Of a stretch of DNA of 64,000 bases, positions 1 to 64,000 are shown piece after piece (the stretch's first letter is position 1; each line of letters starts with the position of its first letter). Made by a program: the position numbers and the translations under genes. Source of the stretch: Lingula anatina (lineage: Eukaryota; Animalia; Brachiopoda); contig CM120647.1 of assembly GCA_051362555.1 (NCBI GenBank), positions 13,864,651-13,928,650 on the forward strand. Direction: 5' to 3'. The notes below the pieces were generated by a model, which was not told the DNA's origin, did not search any database, and saw only the letters and a program-made list of their open reading frames with translations.

Positions 1-1578
1 TAAATATACCTTGTGATGGAGTCGCTTGTACTAGCTCTGACGAACAGCGACAATCTGAGGGCGTTCTTCTTCAAAATTTTGCCTGGGGCGCTTCCATATT
101 TGGAAGTCACACGTCACAGCTGTGTCCGCCTGGATCCATATTTGGAAGTCATAAGTCTCGTACGTCACAGGTTCAGCCGCCTGGAGCTGCCTTTCCCGCC
201 TTGCGCTGAAGTTATCTCGTGCAGACGAGACAAGATGCCTGAAGTTTGAATTGAAAATATATTGCAGTCGAAGGTCAGTGCCACAATACAAGCAACATTC
301 TGCTTTACAAACTGATTTTGGTGTAGCCATTGCGCAGCCCTTATAGTGGTATCATACAGTGTAGCTGTCAAATTTGGCACACGGCAAGCACGTGTATTGT
401 GCACGGGTATATCTCAGGACTTAATGTTCTTTGATTAGCGAAAAATACAAAAACATTGGATATATCTTTTCTTTTCGAAGAATGTTATTTTATTTATTCA
501 CTTTACATCTTAAATACAGCAAATAAAATTAAATAAAGCAGAATTAAATCTGTTTTACGTTTCATTTTGGTCTGATGACATTCAACTGCAGATTCACTGC
601 GGAGCAGTTCTATTTGATTGACGGAAGTGTAACATGGCTGCTGTTCGCTAGAGCCGGTATTGCTGATATGGGTTATATATGAAATCAAGATCGAGCTGGC
701 AATACCGGAATCTAGAACCTAGGGTTGAATGGTGCAAAACAGATACACATTGCCAGGTAGATTATTCTGTCGCAACGAACGCCCCGCGCAGTGCTAAGGA
801 TGTATGCCCAGCCTGAATTAATGAGGGGCAAATTGTCACAAAGACGCGCTTTTCAAGATCCAATGTTGTCAATGTTTAAGCAGGTTACAGTATTTTAGAA
901 TAATTGCGATAACCACCACTTTGGTAGTAAAATCATATTTATTATTTGTAATTCCTTAAAATTGGGGTTGGGGTGGGGTCCTTTTGGTGCTCAAGTAAAG
1001 GAGAAATGGTAAAATGGCATCGGTAAATGCAAAGGCATTTAATAAGTGTACTCTGACAATTCATTTATTTTCAAAACCATACATAAAGACAATAATTTTG
1101 GAGTTTTAATATAACACTGTCCTCCGTGTCTTATTCATTGATATAATGGACACATAGCATTGATCTGTGTCATGATAAATGGACGAATGCACGAAAAAGA
1201 GCACAGTGCAAAAGCTTTTTTTAGATAAACCACTCCTCGCGAAACTTTATTTGCTAATACAGCAGAAAATTTTATTTGACTTATTTCGCTTGTACTTTGC
1301 GATAATCTCCGCGATTCATCTATACCCTCGTGCGTGTTGTGATTCTGCACGCGAAATGATTGAGCCGAACAGATTGTTTGGTCAAAATTCCCTTTCATTA
1401 AGATGTTTATGAACAATGGGTGCATTATTGATGCCAACGATCATACACATGACACCTAAAATGCTCAGCAGATATTATTTTGATACTAAGGAAGTGAACA
1501 AAACGGTCCCAAATAAGCTGATCTTTGCAACATTGTAAAGAGCGATCGGCGGTTAACATACGTTATTTTGCAAAGGAG

Positions 1579-4500
1579 ATGATGTTAACACATTTATTAC
1601 TTTGGAAGAGTGCTCTAATTGCAGTTTCTCTGAGCCATGGTGAGTATTCAGTATTTACAGTATTGCATGTATTCACTGGTAAAAAATAGTTTTTTTTTGC
1701 GCATTCAGAACAGCGGATCAAATATCCACTAGAAAGCTTGCTGCTTATTCCCCATTAGACCCTGAACAGATTTTCCGCAGGATTTTGCAACAATTAAGTT
1801 TCAATTGGGTCGGCCATATTTGATATGCGGATCTCTGAGTCCGCTGTTCTGCACGTGCTCTGTATTGTAAGTCTTGCGTATGTGACGATGGCATTGAATT
1901 GTACTTTAATTGCTACGGGGGAAACCATAAAACCTTAATTTTCTTTCATTTTATTTATTTACTACTTCCCATGTGGTTCCCGCGCCGCTTTCTTTCCCTT
2001 TCTCTGTACTTCTTTCAATCTGTTTACGTTACATGCCTCTCTTTAAGTACTGCATGTTGTGAGAACATATGCCAATCAACTCTACCGAAAATTTACTCAT
2101 CATGCCAATTGCCAATATTGTTAATGAAATAAGTCAAACACGTGGATATAACTGAACCGGAAGTGCCCTGGGAGCGTTTATTATATAACAAGTATCAATA
2201 AGAGGGAGCATCCCTTAACATCCTCCTTTTCCCATAAAAAAAAAGAAAAAAAGAACAACTATAATAATCACGAACAAGTCAACATTTCAAAATAAACGCA
2301 ATAACTTGAAACAGTGTAAATGTTTTTTTTTTTTTTTTTTTTTTTTTTTTGTTTTTTTTTTTAAATCTGAACAAGTCCATATCATATGTTTAATTATGTT
2401 CTAAGATCAACTTAAGTCACTTTCTGGTTTATATTGTCCTGACTTTGTAATATGGAGCACTACTCAAAACATTATACTATAACTAAAAAACAAACTACTA
2501 TTTTACAATGGGGTCATTGAGGTAGACTGCCTCTCACCCTTTTCTGCCATGGGTATTATTCTGACCCATCACTTAGAATACACAACATAATCTCCTAAGT
2601 ATTTTGGCTTCTTCAAGAGTCTACCGAACCGAGTGGTATGGACCTCCTCTTCACTGCTCTGTGGTGGAGGTGTAGTTTTGCACGGCGTACTGGGAGTTGA
2701 CTTTATGGGACTGGGTATCATAATTGGTTCGCTGGTAACGTCAGTGGGTTTAATCGGTACCTCTGGTGTTTCTGCAGCTACTGTCCCCCGGGATTGGTTT
2801 GGAGTGGTGACCTCTCGACTAGGTCTGAGGTGACTACGGTTCCTGCGGTAAATTTTGTTGTCTTGCTCCACTAGATAGGATCGAGGGGCGAGTTTCTCCA
2901 CTATTCTGCCAGCAGACCATGAGACTGACGATTGCGGCCTTAGATTGGTACGCACAGGCTGTCCGATAACCAGAGGAGGCAGTTCCTTGCTTCCTTTGTC
3001 ATAACACTTCTTTGCTATTCTCTTCTGGTTTACTTGTTTCTGAAATACCTGGTCTTTTGGTACTACTTTTGGCTCTAGCTTGTCACAGCGTACGGGAATG
3101 AGCGATCTAGTGCGCCTACTCATCAACTTTTGTGCTGCACTCCCCATGTTGTCTGCGGCTGGCGTGTTTCTGTGCTCTAAAACTGCTAACCACAAATCGG
3201 TACCGTCTTGTTTTGTTCTCTTGATCAGGGTCTTTGCCACTTTAACAGCTGCCTCAGCTGTGCCGTTACCACTGGGGTGGTGGGGAGATGATGTATGATG
3301 GTTAATCTTCCACGCCTCGGTGAACTCTCGGAATTGCTGACACTGATATTGAGGCCCGTTGTCAGAGATAAACAGCTTTGGAATGCCATGTCGAGCAAAC
3401 TGCTGCTTCAATTCATTGATCACTGCTTCTGAAGTAGTGTCACTGAGTTGAGTGATCTCCCAGTACTTTGAGAAATGATCTACAAGCAGCAAATAATGTT
3501 CCCCTTGAATGGAAAATAAATCACTGCTGACGATTTCAAATCGCTCCTTGGGTATAGGCTGAGAATGCATTGGCTCTTTCTGTTGGCGAGGCTGATTTTC
3601 CTGACAGACGTTGCAAGTTGCTACCACATTGCGAATGTCATTGCTGATCTGAGGCCAGAAAATCGCATCTCTAGCTTTACGTATAGCTGTCTCTGTTCCT
3701 TGATGAGTTGCATGGACTCTCTCCAGCATCTGTTTACGTAAGATAGTAGGAATTACTACTCTGGTGCCTCGATAGAGGATGCCATCTTGACAGGATAACT
3801 CGTCTCTATATGGCCAGTATTCACGGCATAACAGGGGAACTTGAGTTTTGTCACTAGGCCATCCTTCCATGACTAGGATCAGCAGTGACTGCATAGCGTC
3901 ATCCCGAAGTGTATGAGTCTTTACTTGCTCCAGAGACTCATCGGACACATTGTTGTACTGCGAGTAATCAATCTCCTCGACTTCTTTGGCCAACTTCTGC
4001 TCGGATTCTACTGCGTAAATCTCGTAATCTGAGTTCTCCTTGGTAGTTACTGACTTGGACGCAGTTGCTCTAGATAATGCATCAGAGATATACATCTTTT
4101 TACCACGCTGGTACTTCACCTCAATATGGTATTTCTGTAGCCTGAGGCGCATGCGTTGAAGTCGCTTTGGGGCAGCCAAGATTGGTTTCTTGAATATTGT
4201 CTCTAGGTTTTGGTGATCCGTGAGTACTGTGATATAGTCTCGGCCATGGAGATACTGATCGAAACGGTTACATGCAAATGTTATGGCCAAACATTCTTTT
4301 TCCATCTGAGAATAGTTGCGCTCTGTTTTGGACAATGCCCTTGATGCAAAAGCTACAGGTTGTCCAGCTTGCAGTAAGACTGCACCTAACCCGTAATCGC
4401 TGCTATCGGCTTCTACTGTAACTTCCTCTGTTAGGCTATAGTATCTCAAAACTGGGGTCATTGTCAACATTTGTTTCAATGTACAGAACGTCTGCTCATG

Positions 4501-7500
4501 CTGATCTGACCATATAAAGGGTGCATCTTCAGTCGTCAAGCGTCTCAGTGGTTCGCTCACTGTTGATAAATGAGGGCAGAACTTGGCCAGGTAATTCACC
4601 ATGCCAAGTAGTCTTTTCACCGCTTTAGCGTTCTCCGGCCTTTCCATTTCTACTATGGCCTGCACCTTCAATGGATCTGCTTTCAAACCTTCATCTGAGA
4701 TCACGTGCCCGTGATAAGTAACTGAGTTCAATTTGAATCGAAGCTTAGTCTTGTTCATTTTGAAGTTCCTCTCACGACATCTCTCTAATAGTGCTATCAT
4801 ATTTTCGTCATGATTCTTGATCGCTTCCTCAGAGGTATCTCCTTTACCATACACCAGGATGTCGTCTGCGATGGTCTGGACTCCGTCAAGACCGTCCAGT
4901 AGGTCTATAACTCGCCTCTGGAACTCTTCCGGGGCTGATGAGATGCCGAATGGTAAACGTCGCCAACGATACCTGCCAAATGGCGTATTGAATGTCGTAA
5001 GAAGGCTGGACTCCTCATCTAATCTCACCTGAAGGAAACCATCTCTAGCATCTATAACGCTAAATACCTTTGCATTAGTCAAGTTTGCACTTACTTCCTC
5101 CAAGGTTGGAAGTTTGAATTTTGGAATCTTTACAGCTTTGTTGAGTTCTTTTGGGTCTAGGCATATTCTTAACTTGCCTGGCTTCCTCACCGCCACCATC
5201 GAGCTTATCCAATCCGTTGGCTGATTTACCCTCTCAATGATGCCTTGTTTCACCATGCTCGCCAGCTTTTCTTTTAGCTCTTTTCTCAAAGCTACTGGTA
5301 CGGACCTTGGTGAGTCTTGTTTTGGTATAACCTTAGGGTCCAGCTCAATGTGGTATTCTCCTAGGTCACCTAAACCACTAAACACATCATTATACTTGGC
5401 GAAGATATCATCCTCTGACAGTTCCGTGCTAACAACGTTGATGAGAACATCTCTCTTTATCTTCATCAGACCAAATCTCTCTGACGTCTCTCCATTGAGT
5501 AACGAACAAGTGACATTTTTCACTACAAGAAACTTTACGTATTCTTCACGGTTGTTTATTCTCATGTTAAGTGTCACCTGCCCCATATTCTCAACACGGT
5601 TACCACTGTATGAGGTTAGTCTCTTGCTGCTTTTCTTCAAGACTGGCTCATTAGTGCTCATTATGCGACAGCAATCCTCATATCTCAAACAGTTTACACC
5701 TGCTCCATTGTCTAATTGGAATACTTGTGGCATCCAAGAGCTGCTTCTCTTGTATTGGACTGATGGTTCAACAAGATATGTGGTCCTGCCGGTTTTAACT
5801 GTGAATACTGACGATTCGGAGTCGCTATCTTCAGGATCAGAATTATCGACTTGGTGGACTTTGGCCCCTTGTGACCTACACATGCTAGCGAAATGATTTA
5901 GACGTCCACACTTCTTACAGCGGCGACCCCATGCTGGGCATTGACGCTTGGGATGTTGCGTCCCGCAGTAGCTACAATCCGAATGGCTCTTCTGTTTTTG
6001 CTCTCCTTTCTTGTCTGTCTTGTGTTCAGATACTGCCGTCTTCATCTTTGTCCCGGCTTTTTTCATTTTTGGTTTCACAGCATGCACAGTTTCGACCTCA
6101 CCATCTATGGCTTTAAGTTGCTGCGTCGTCATTTCACTCGCACGACACGTGTCAATACACTTTGCTAATGTAAGGTCCTTTTCACGCAACAATCTAGCCC
6201 GGACAACAGAGTCTCTCACCCCTATCACAATACGGTCTCTGATCATTTCATCTAAAAGCGTTCCATACTTGCAAGTGGCACTGAGTTTCCGCAGCCTGTT
6301 CACATAGGCATCAATCCCTTCACTGGGCTCTTGTGTACAAGTATTAAACACGTATCTCTCATAAACAATGTTGCGTTGTGGCTCAAAATGATTTGTCAAA
6401 GCTTCCAGTATTATTTTAGAGTCCTTGCGATCATCATCACTCAGGGCTAAATTCTGAAATATTTGAAAACAGTCTTTGCCCATGACCGTAAGTAAGGTAG
6501 CTACTCTTATCTCTTCCGACTTAAGATTTAGTTCTGTTGCAATTTCATAATTCTTCCATGTGTCTCTAAAAAATTGCCAGTTAGTTGCACAATGTCCCTT
6601 CACGTCCATAGGCTGTGGCGGAGGTAACAAATTCGCTGTTGCAGGGGTAACTGGGGGTGTACTAGTACTGGTAGACATGATTAATCTATGTAACAAATAC
6701 ACAGTTTCTGCAGTTCTACTTTCAGGTCACAATCAGCAGTATTTGCTTGTTAAATCTGTCCAGTTTGTAACTTCTAAAAAAAAAACTCATGAATATATGT
6801 CTTTCACTAATCACCAGAGTTTTTTTTTATTATCGACTTCCGATGCCTGAATTTCTGTTCAGTCGGTTCCACTTTTCATCCATAAAATCGTATGATCAAC
6901 AGATTTCTTCTTTGTATCACACATACCTTCTGTTTCTCTGGTCCTTTAACTTAGTTCTTGACCACTTTAGAAATCGTGTCTTCAGCTTATGTAGACGTGA
7001 GCACGAAATTCTGACACCATGTTAATGAAATAAGTCAAACACGTGGATATAACTGAACCGGAAGTGCCCTGGGAGCGTTTATTATATAACAAGTATCAAT
7101 AAGAGGGAGCATCCCTTAACAAATATAATGTTGGGAATGTCATCGTCATGTTTGATTTAGGACTAAAACTATAGTAGAAATACTGTAAAAACTGCTTACT
7201 GTAGAGCGGCATTTACAAATAAAGAGACCTAACATGACTCTTCTTTTTTTCCATCAGGTGAAAGGACAGCTGAGAAGACGGCGGCAGCAACCATGGTAAA
7301 AGCAGGGGAGCGCAATTTCCTTACTTTGTTCCCCGATCCAACCCGTTATTCGTGGCCACTAAGAGCATTTTTCCTCTCAACGAAATGCAAATCAGGGAAG
7401 GAGAATAAATATTGTGTTAACACGAAAAAAACCCTTTCAGCAAAAAAGTCGTTGTCTTCAATCAAGCAAAAATCAAGGAAAAGAAACAAAAAGTGCCTGG

Positions 7501-9994
7501 ACAAGACAATATCGCCTGTACCAGATACCTTACCAGAGCTGAAGACGTTCTTCGTGAAATATCTCAACGTATTTGGTGTGAATATAGTCGCCACTGCCGG
7601 TGTCCCGGATGTTAAGATGATCCATGCTGCCGGAGTGATGGCCCAGTACCTGGATAACGATGGTGACGGTTGTGTGGATAGTCCAGCTGTGATCAAGAAC
7701 ATGGTGGAGCGTAGATCCGCTTTGATCATGTTCAGGTGTGTGTTTTCTGTTATTTCAGAGGTGGTTACCTCCACCATTAAAACATGTTGGTGCTAAAAGC
7801 TACTTCGGTCACGTATTTTTCTTTTCTTTTCTTGTTTAAATATAGTTTTTAATGATTCGTATTTCACACAAGACCCAATGTTTGCTGCAGGTAGTGTATG
7901 TAGGTTGTTCGTGGGAATTTCTGTGGTTTGGTATTAAAAACGTGCGCTGTACAGTAAAATAATTAAAAATCGAGAGAGAGAGAGAGAGAGAAAGTAATTT
8001 GCCGCATAAGCTGTTTGTTTAGAAATATCAATCACGTGTAGCTTTTTGCAGCTTCTTTTTTTATTTTTATTTTTAAAATCTAGAAATGAGGCGGAGTTGG
8101 AAGAGCGTGCCAACGAGATTGGAGAACTTTTAAACACAATAATCGGGTAAATAGTTTCAGATATACACGTATAGGCATAATCATGAAAACATTCACCAAA
8201 TAACTTGTACTGCTTCAAATTCCCTATTTGGCAAGTCTTATGCTGTAACATTTTATCCATGCAGAAAAAAATGCTTCTGATTACTGTAAAGTAGCCTTGA
8301 TATGTCAGATTAAAATTACTTTCATTTAATTCTTTTTTTAAAAAATTATTGCCATGCCATTTAACACATGTTTATGCTGTGAGGGTCGGGAGGGGAGGAG
8401 TAGGAGGGGTGGGGGCGGAGGGGGGTAATTCAGCCATAAGTAGACGTTGGGTTACTTGGAAACTTAGGGTCCGAGTTACATCGAATCCGCCATTCATTTG
8501 ATGCATACAGATTTCGATTCTAAAACGTCAGTGCATTAAAATCTTGGATGCGAAGACTGTATTACAGGTACACCCCAGGTGACACTCGTACTAGATACCG
8601 ATTCCCTTATTTCATGCTAACCCTTAGCTCATTGAATCTATTGGACAGCGGGCTCCTTGCAACGGGGTCCCTCATGTTATTTTAAGAACATTGAAATTAT
8701 GATAAGACAGTTATATAAAAATAAACATTTCGATAAGACATATTAAACACAGAAACTGCCTTTCACGATTATACCTTCATTATCAACTAATTTATTCCGA
8801 AGCAAAATCAAATTCCAAGATCTTCTTGGAGATGAAACTCACTCCCCGGAAGAGGGTAGTCCCGACCCCGACGCGGCACTGGAAGAGACACTGCACCTTT
8901 TCCAAGAGGCTGGGTTGGTGAATGCTTTCCCGAGGCAGTTTGCTGTTGACGAGGACTCACTACTAGACCGGGCTTTGGAAAAAGCTATCAATGACTGTGG
9001 TTTTGCCTTTAACGGCACTCTTAGGTAAATATTTTGTATTGTATGGATGGATGGTATGTTTTTGCTTGTATTTTTATGACTTCAGTTTTATTTGAATGCT
9101 GCAAAATAGATTATTATTGTCTTTGGTGCTACGATGATAACAAGCAAATTGTTTCTACGAAAAAATGGCGTTTTTTATTACTGATACGTAAGAAGATTTG
9201 GCCTTTCATCAAGAGGTCACGATACCGTGACCAACTATTGTCCTTGAATAAATTATTAACATTGAACACACTGTGTACAGTGTGTAAATCGTGTCGAATT
9301 ATAGGCGTCATAAATGTGTTGTATGTTGTCATTTATTTACAGATATTCCAACACATACATGATACAAAATCAAATCAAACTCCCGCATTGTTTAATCAAT
9401 CGCTTAACAGCAAACTTTCCCGAAATTATGTAATTTGCAAAGGGATATTTTTATCTATGAAAATGAAATATCAAATATAATACTCTAAATAATCTGCACG
9501 GTTAACTAACTTTCATTCAGTAAATGTTCTTCGGGACAGCCAAAAAATGATTATTTCATATGAAAAACAAAAGTGTAAAGTATAAATGGCTAAAGTATTA
9601 GCACATGCACTATCCACTTTACAAACAGTCATACTATATGGTATTCAAATACCTCCGTTAAATCATATCGATATGTTGAGCTCTTTTGTATGTTTAAGTA
9701 GGACTAGACGTTTTTCATACATATAGGTATCCCAACTGTAATGGCGTCTTCCACTATGGTGATGACACGTGTGACTATAAGTGTCTTCTTTCGGAATTGC
9801 TATACTGGGGACTCTCGTCCATTCTCGGCGCACATGGTGGAAAATGTGACGAAATCTCGGATGAGTGGGAGCTGTGCACGAAAGATTTAGTGAAGGAAAA
9901 ACTGCCAGAACTTTACTCTCTCTTGACAAGAAGAATTGGAAAGTACAGGTTGCCTAACGTTTTGCCGAACGGAAAGTATCGGAAGTTCTGTTGA
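1579..9994 (+). CDS. 5-exon gene (1579-1639, 7258-7735, 8084-8146, 8803-9024, 9727-9994); 363-aa secreted protein with EExxH motif, uncharacterised family
   Basis: All introns are GT-AG with matching phases (1,2,2,2); the exons sum to 1092 nt with an open frame. Exon 1 encodes signal-peptide-like MMLTHLLLWKSALIAVSLSH(G). Core motifs: KYLNVFGVNIVATAGVPDVKMIHAAGVMAQYLDNDGDG, QDLLGDET, DAALEETLHL, HYGDDTCDYKCLLSELLYWGLSSILGA, YRLPNVLPNGKY. AATAAA at 10124. Confidence 0.85.
2119..2220 (-). repeat. 3' LTR of Gypsy element (102 bp)
   Basis: Identical to 7020-7121; the adjacent 2221-2233 reads GGGAAAAGGAGGA on the minus strand (polypurine tract). Confidence 0.95.
2569..6678 (-). CDS. Gag-Pol polyprotein (likely ATG at 6678; open frame extends to 6702)
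   Basis: Two zinc knuckles (CSYCGTQHPKRQC, CKKCGRLNHFASMC), protease LDNGA, RT motifs LPFGISSAPEEFQ and IADDILV, RNase H EADSSDYGLGAVL, integrase HHCC plus D..D..E (SDLF, SDNGPQY, AEAAV). Confidence 0.96.
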   Translation of the reverse strand: MSTSTSTPPVTPATANLLPPPQPMDVKGHCATNWQFFRDTWKNYEIATELNLKSEEIRVATLLTVMGKDCFQIFQNLALSDDDRKDSKIILEALTNHFEPQRNIVYERYVFNTCTQEPSEGIDAYVNRLRKLSATCKYGTLLDEMIRDRIVIGVRDSVVRARLLREKDLTLAKCIDTCRASEMTTQQLKAIDGEVETVHAVKPKMKKAGTKMKTAVSEHKTDKKGEQKQKSHSDCSYCGTQHPKRQCPAWGRRCKKCGRLNHFASMCRSQGAKVHQVDNSDPEDSDSESSVFTVKTGRTTYLVEPSVQYKRSSSWMPQVFQLDNGAGVNCLRYEDCCRIMSTNEPVLKKSSKRLTSYSGNRVENMGQVTLNMRINNREEYVKFLVVKNVTCSLLNGETSERFGLMKIKRDVLINVVSTELSEDDIFAKYNDVFSGLGDLGEYHIELDPKVIPKQDSPRSVPVALRKELKEKLASMVKQGIIERVNQPTDWISSMVAVRKPGKLRICLDPKELNKAVKIPKFKLPTLEEVSANLTNAKVFSVIDARDGFLQVRLDEESSLLTTFNTPFGRYRWRRLPFGISSAPEEFQRRVIDLLDGLDGVQTIADDILVYGKGDTSEEAIKNHDENMIALLERCRERNFKMNKTKLRFKLNSVTYHGHVISDEGLKADPLKVQAIVEMERPENAKAVKRLLGMVNYLAKFCPHLSTVSEPLRRLTTEDAPFIWSDQHEQTFCTLKQMLTMTPVLRYYSLTEEVTVEADSSDYGLGAVLLQAGQPVAFASRALSKTERNYSQMEKECLAITFACNRFDQYLHGRDYITVLTDHQNLETIFKKPILAAPKRLQRMRLRLQKYHIEVKYQRGKKMYISDALSRATASKSVTTKENSDYEIYAVESEQKLAKEVEEIDYSQYNNVSDESLEQVKTHTLRDDAMQSLLILVMEGWPSDKTQVPLLCREYWPYRDELSCQDGILYRGTRVVIPTILRKQMLERVHATHQGTETAIRKARDAIFWPQISNDIRNVVATCNVCQENQPRQQKEPMHSQPIPKERFEIVSSDLFSIQGEHYLLLVDHFSKYWEITQLSDTTSEAVINELKQQFARHGIPKLFISDNGPQYQCQQFREFTEAWKINHHTSSPHHPSGNGTAEAAVKVAKTLIKRTKQDGTDLWLAVLEHRNTPAADNMGSAAQKLMSRRTRSLIPVRCDKLEPKVVPKDQVFQKQVNQKRIAKKCYDKGSKELPPLVIGQPVRTNLRPQSSVSWSAGRIVEKLAPRSYLVEQDNKIYRRNRSHLRPSREVTTPNQSRGTVAAETPEVPIKPTDVTSEPIMIPSPIKSTPSTPCKTTPPPQSSEEEVHTTRFGRLLKKPKYLGDYVVYSK
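7009..7019 (-). promoter_or_regulatory. Primer-binding site, tRNA-Leu type
   Basis: Minus strand TGGTGTCAGAA abuts the LTR and is complementary to the ...UUCUGACACCA 3' end of metazoan tRNA-Leu (11-nt match). Confidence 0.75.
7020..7121 (-). repeat. 5' LTR of Gypsy element (102 bp)
   Basis: Identical to 2119-2220 and directly followed on the minus strand by the PBS. Confidence 0.95.
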
Positions 9995-10327
9995 TTTTTA
10001 GCGCGTGTCGGCCTTATCGTGATCGACACTAAGCATATCGATTTGATACGTGGACTGATTAGAAATTTTACACATGTGTCATTGCATATATATCTTTGTG
10101 GACGAGATGGGATCATGAAAAGAAATAAAAGGGACACTTCCTAAAGGACAAACTTGTTATATTTTACAATGTATATGACAATGCGTTATACACCATGTGG
10201 TAGTGTGTGCTCATGATCTTTCCGAGTCTTATATAAGATATCTGAAGGTTATCTAAATCATTTTGAATTATGATTTCTTTTTGCCTTGGGATTCTGTGTG
10301 AACTAGTAGATGGTTTATTTATGCACA

Positions 10328-10372
10328 GTATGTATGTATGTATGTATGTATGTATGCATGTATGTATCTGTA
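10328..10372. repeat. (TATG)n microsatellite
   Basis: Visible tetranucleotide run between the two convergent genes. Confidence 0.85.
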
Positions 10373-11336
10373 TATTTATGTGTGTGTGCACGTGAGCTAT
10401 ATTTAACAGTTTGGTAGATAGTTTAGTTCGCTTCAGGTGGGTTGTGTTTGTGTGTGGAACGTAGAGCGTGAATGGAAAGAGAAAAAAAAAAAGCAAGAAC
10501 CCTAACATCAAGCAAATACAAAACAAAATCCATGTATACCGGGCATATTTATTTTCATTCATATGACAGCTTATCAAATATATCTTGGTTAAATACTTAT
10601 TGCATAGTTCTTTGAAGCAAACTGAGTATAAATACCCTCTATTCTGCTATGTTTTAAAATATATTAATTAGCGAATATCATTTTATTCGTCTTTTTGTCT
10701 GTTCTTCCTATATAACATATGGGTATTTCATACAATATCCTTTACAGCGACTAAGTGAAAATGGCATATTGTTCAATAAACCAACAATGTGAAAATAAAA
10801 ATAAATAATACATATACAGGGTAATAAGAAGAGCCAAGGTTTCAATGCATCTCAAAGATCACTGTTTGAAAGAATACAATTTTTTAACTTTTGGTCCCAT
10901 AATTCCCATATTTACAACTGTTATATCTTTTCTTGCTCACCTGCCAATGGTTTTACATTACAATAAATACTGTCACCCCTTAATAAAATTTTACTAAACA
11001 GAAAGTGACAGCAGTCTAAATGTATCAATCATCCTCTCCCTGTAGATAACGAAGTGATTAGTAGCCTCTAGTCTACATATTTGACTTATAACGTACCAAT
11101 TCAGTAAAATGTGTTCACTAAGAAAGTCAGTATCCTTGGTCCATAAATCATGCCATAGATTTCAATATTTTTCAGAAAACACTGTAAGCTTGTGATCAAA
11201 GTCACCATTTCCATTCTGATGACTGTGAGACTGTAACATTTTAATGCTGATATACACAGGAATATAATTTATAATAATTCAAAGATCATGATATTAACAT
11301 TCGGACAGAAATCACGATCCTTAACCAGAACCAGAT

Positions 11337-63747
<52,411 letters not shown>

Positions 63748-64000
63748 CTGAAACATTCATTAAACTCAATTAAAAATGCTTCGAAGTGTATCATTTGTGT
63801 CCCTTTAATATGACTTGCTGTCATCTATACATGACAGACGTGCTAACGGCCTTTCAATGACTCGTCTACACTCGATAAAATGAAATGTTCTATTTATATG
63901 TCATTATCTAATATTTCAATCTTCACCTGCTATTTGCAGTTGCACTTGTCCTATACTATTTTAAAATTATAAACTTAGTGGTGTCCTCAAAGGACCCATC

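Larger units (their letters stand above)
2119..7121 (-). mobile_element. Full-length Ty3/Gypsy LTR retrotransposon (Mag-like), antisense in intron 1 of the + gene
   Basis: Identical 102-bp LTRs (TGTTAA...TTAACA) and 5-bp TSD AATAT (2114-2118, 7122-7126). PBS and PPT are correctly placed. Single ORF with domain order gag-PR-RT-RH-IN. The Mag assignment is inferred from the short LTRs, double zinc knuckle and IADD motif. Confidence 0.96.

Noticed and set aside
10-565. Possible minus-strand gene: hydrophobic MKRKTDLILLYLILFAVFK (503-565) plus an AG/GT-bounded segment at 10-238 with a short internal duplication
   Set aside because: All three frames of 10-238 contain stops and I recognise no homology. 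It could be a short peptide gene or UTR exon but cannot be supported.
1706-1851. 12-bp inverted repeat CAGAACAGCGGA/TCCGCTGTTCTG, possible MITE relic
   Set aside because: No clear TSD and only a single copy in the window.
4817-6850. + strand ORFs up to 219 aa overlapping gag-pol
   Set aside because: Antisense shadows of a long coding frame with no recognisable motifs.

Overview
AT-rich, intron-containing animal DNA, probably from an invertebrate; the taxon cannot be fixed from the sequence. (1) 1579-9994 (+) is a 5-exon gene reconstructed by hand (363 aa, signal peptide, EExxH motif). It resembles, from memory, an uncharacterised marine-bacterial protein family. Its intron 1 holds a complete, very recent Ty3/Gypsy element (identical 102-bp LTRs, AATAT target-site duplication (TSD), single gag-pol ORF). 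(2) 11337-64000 (-) is the 3' part of a giant gene that the ORF track only shows as fragments. It consists of 16 nearly identical ~2.5-kb genomic units, each with 7 phase-compatible exons (1110 nt, 370 aa). Each unit encodes two paralogous ~160-aa six-cysteine modules that I do not recognise, one EGF-like domain and a 33-nt micro-exon linker. The protein ends in a serglycin-like (Ser-Gly)n tail, giving about 6,000 aa in this window, and the 5' end lies beyond it. Introns are homogenised along with exons. Three different transposable elements sit in array introns: a deleted Gypsy with a tRNA-Lys(UUU) primer site, an IS3EU-like foldback element, and a 3.75-kb TGT...ACA element with a 6-bp TSD that was duplicated together with its host unit. 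All exon models come from splice signals, phase and frame continuity only; there is no transcript evidence.
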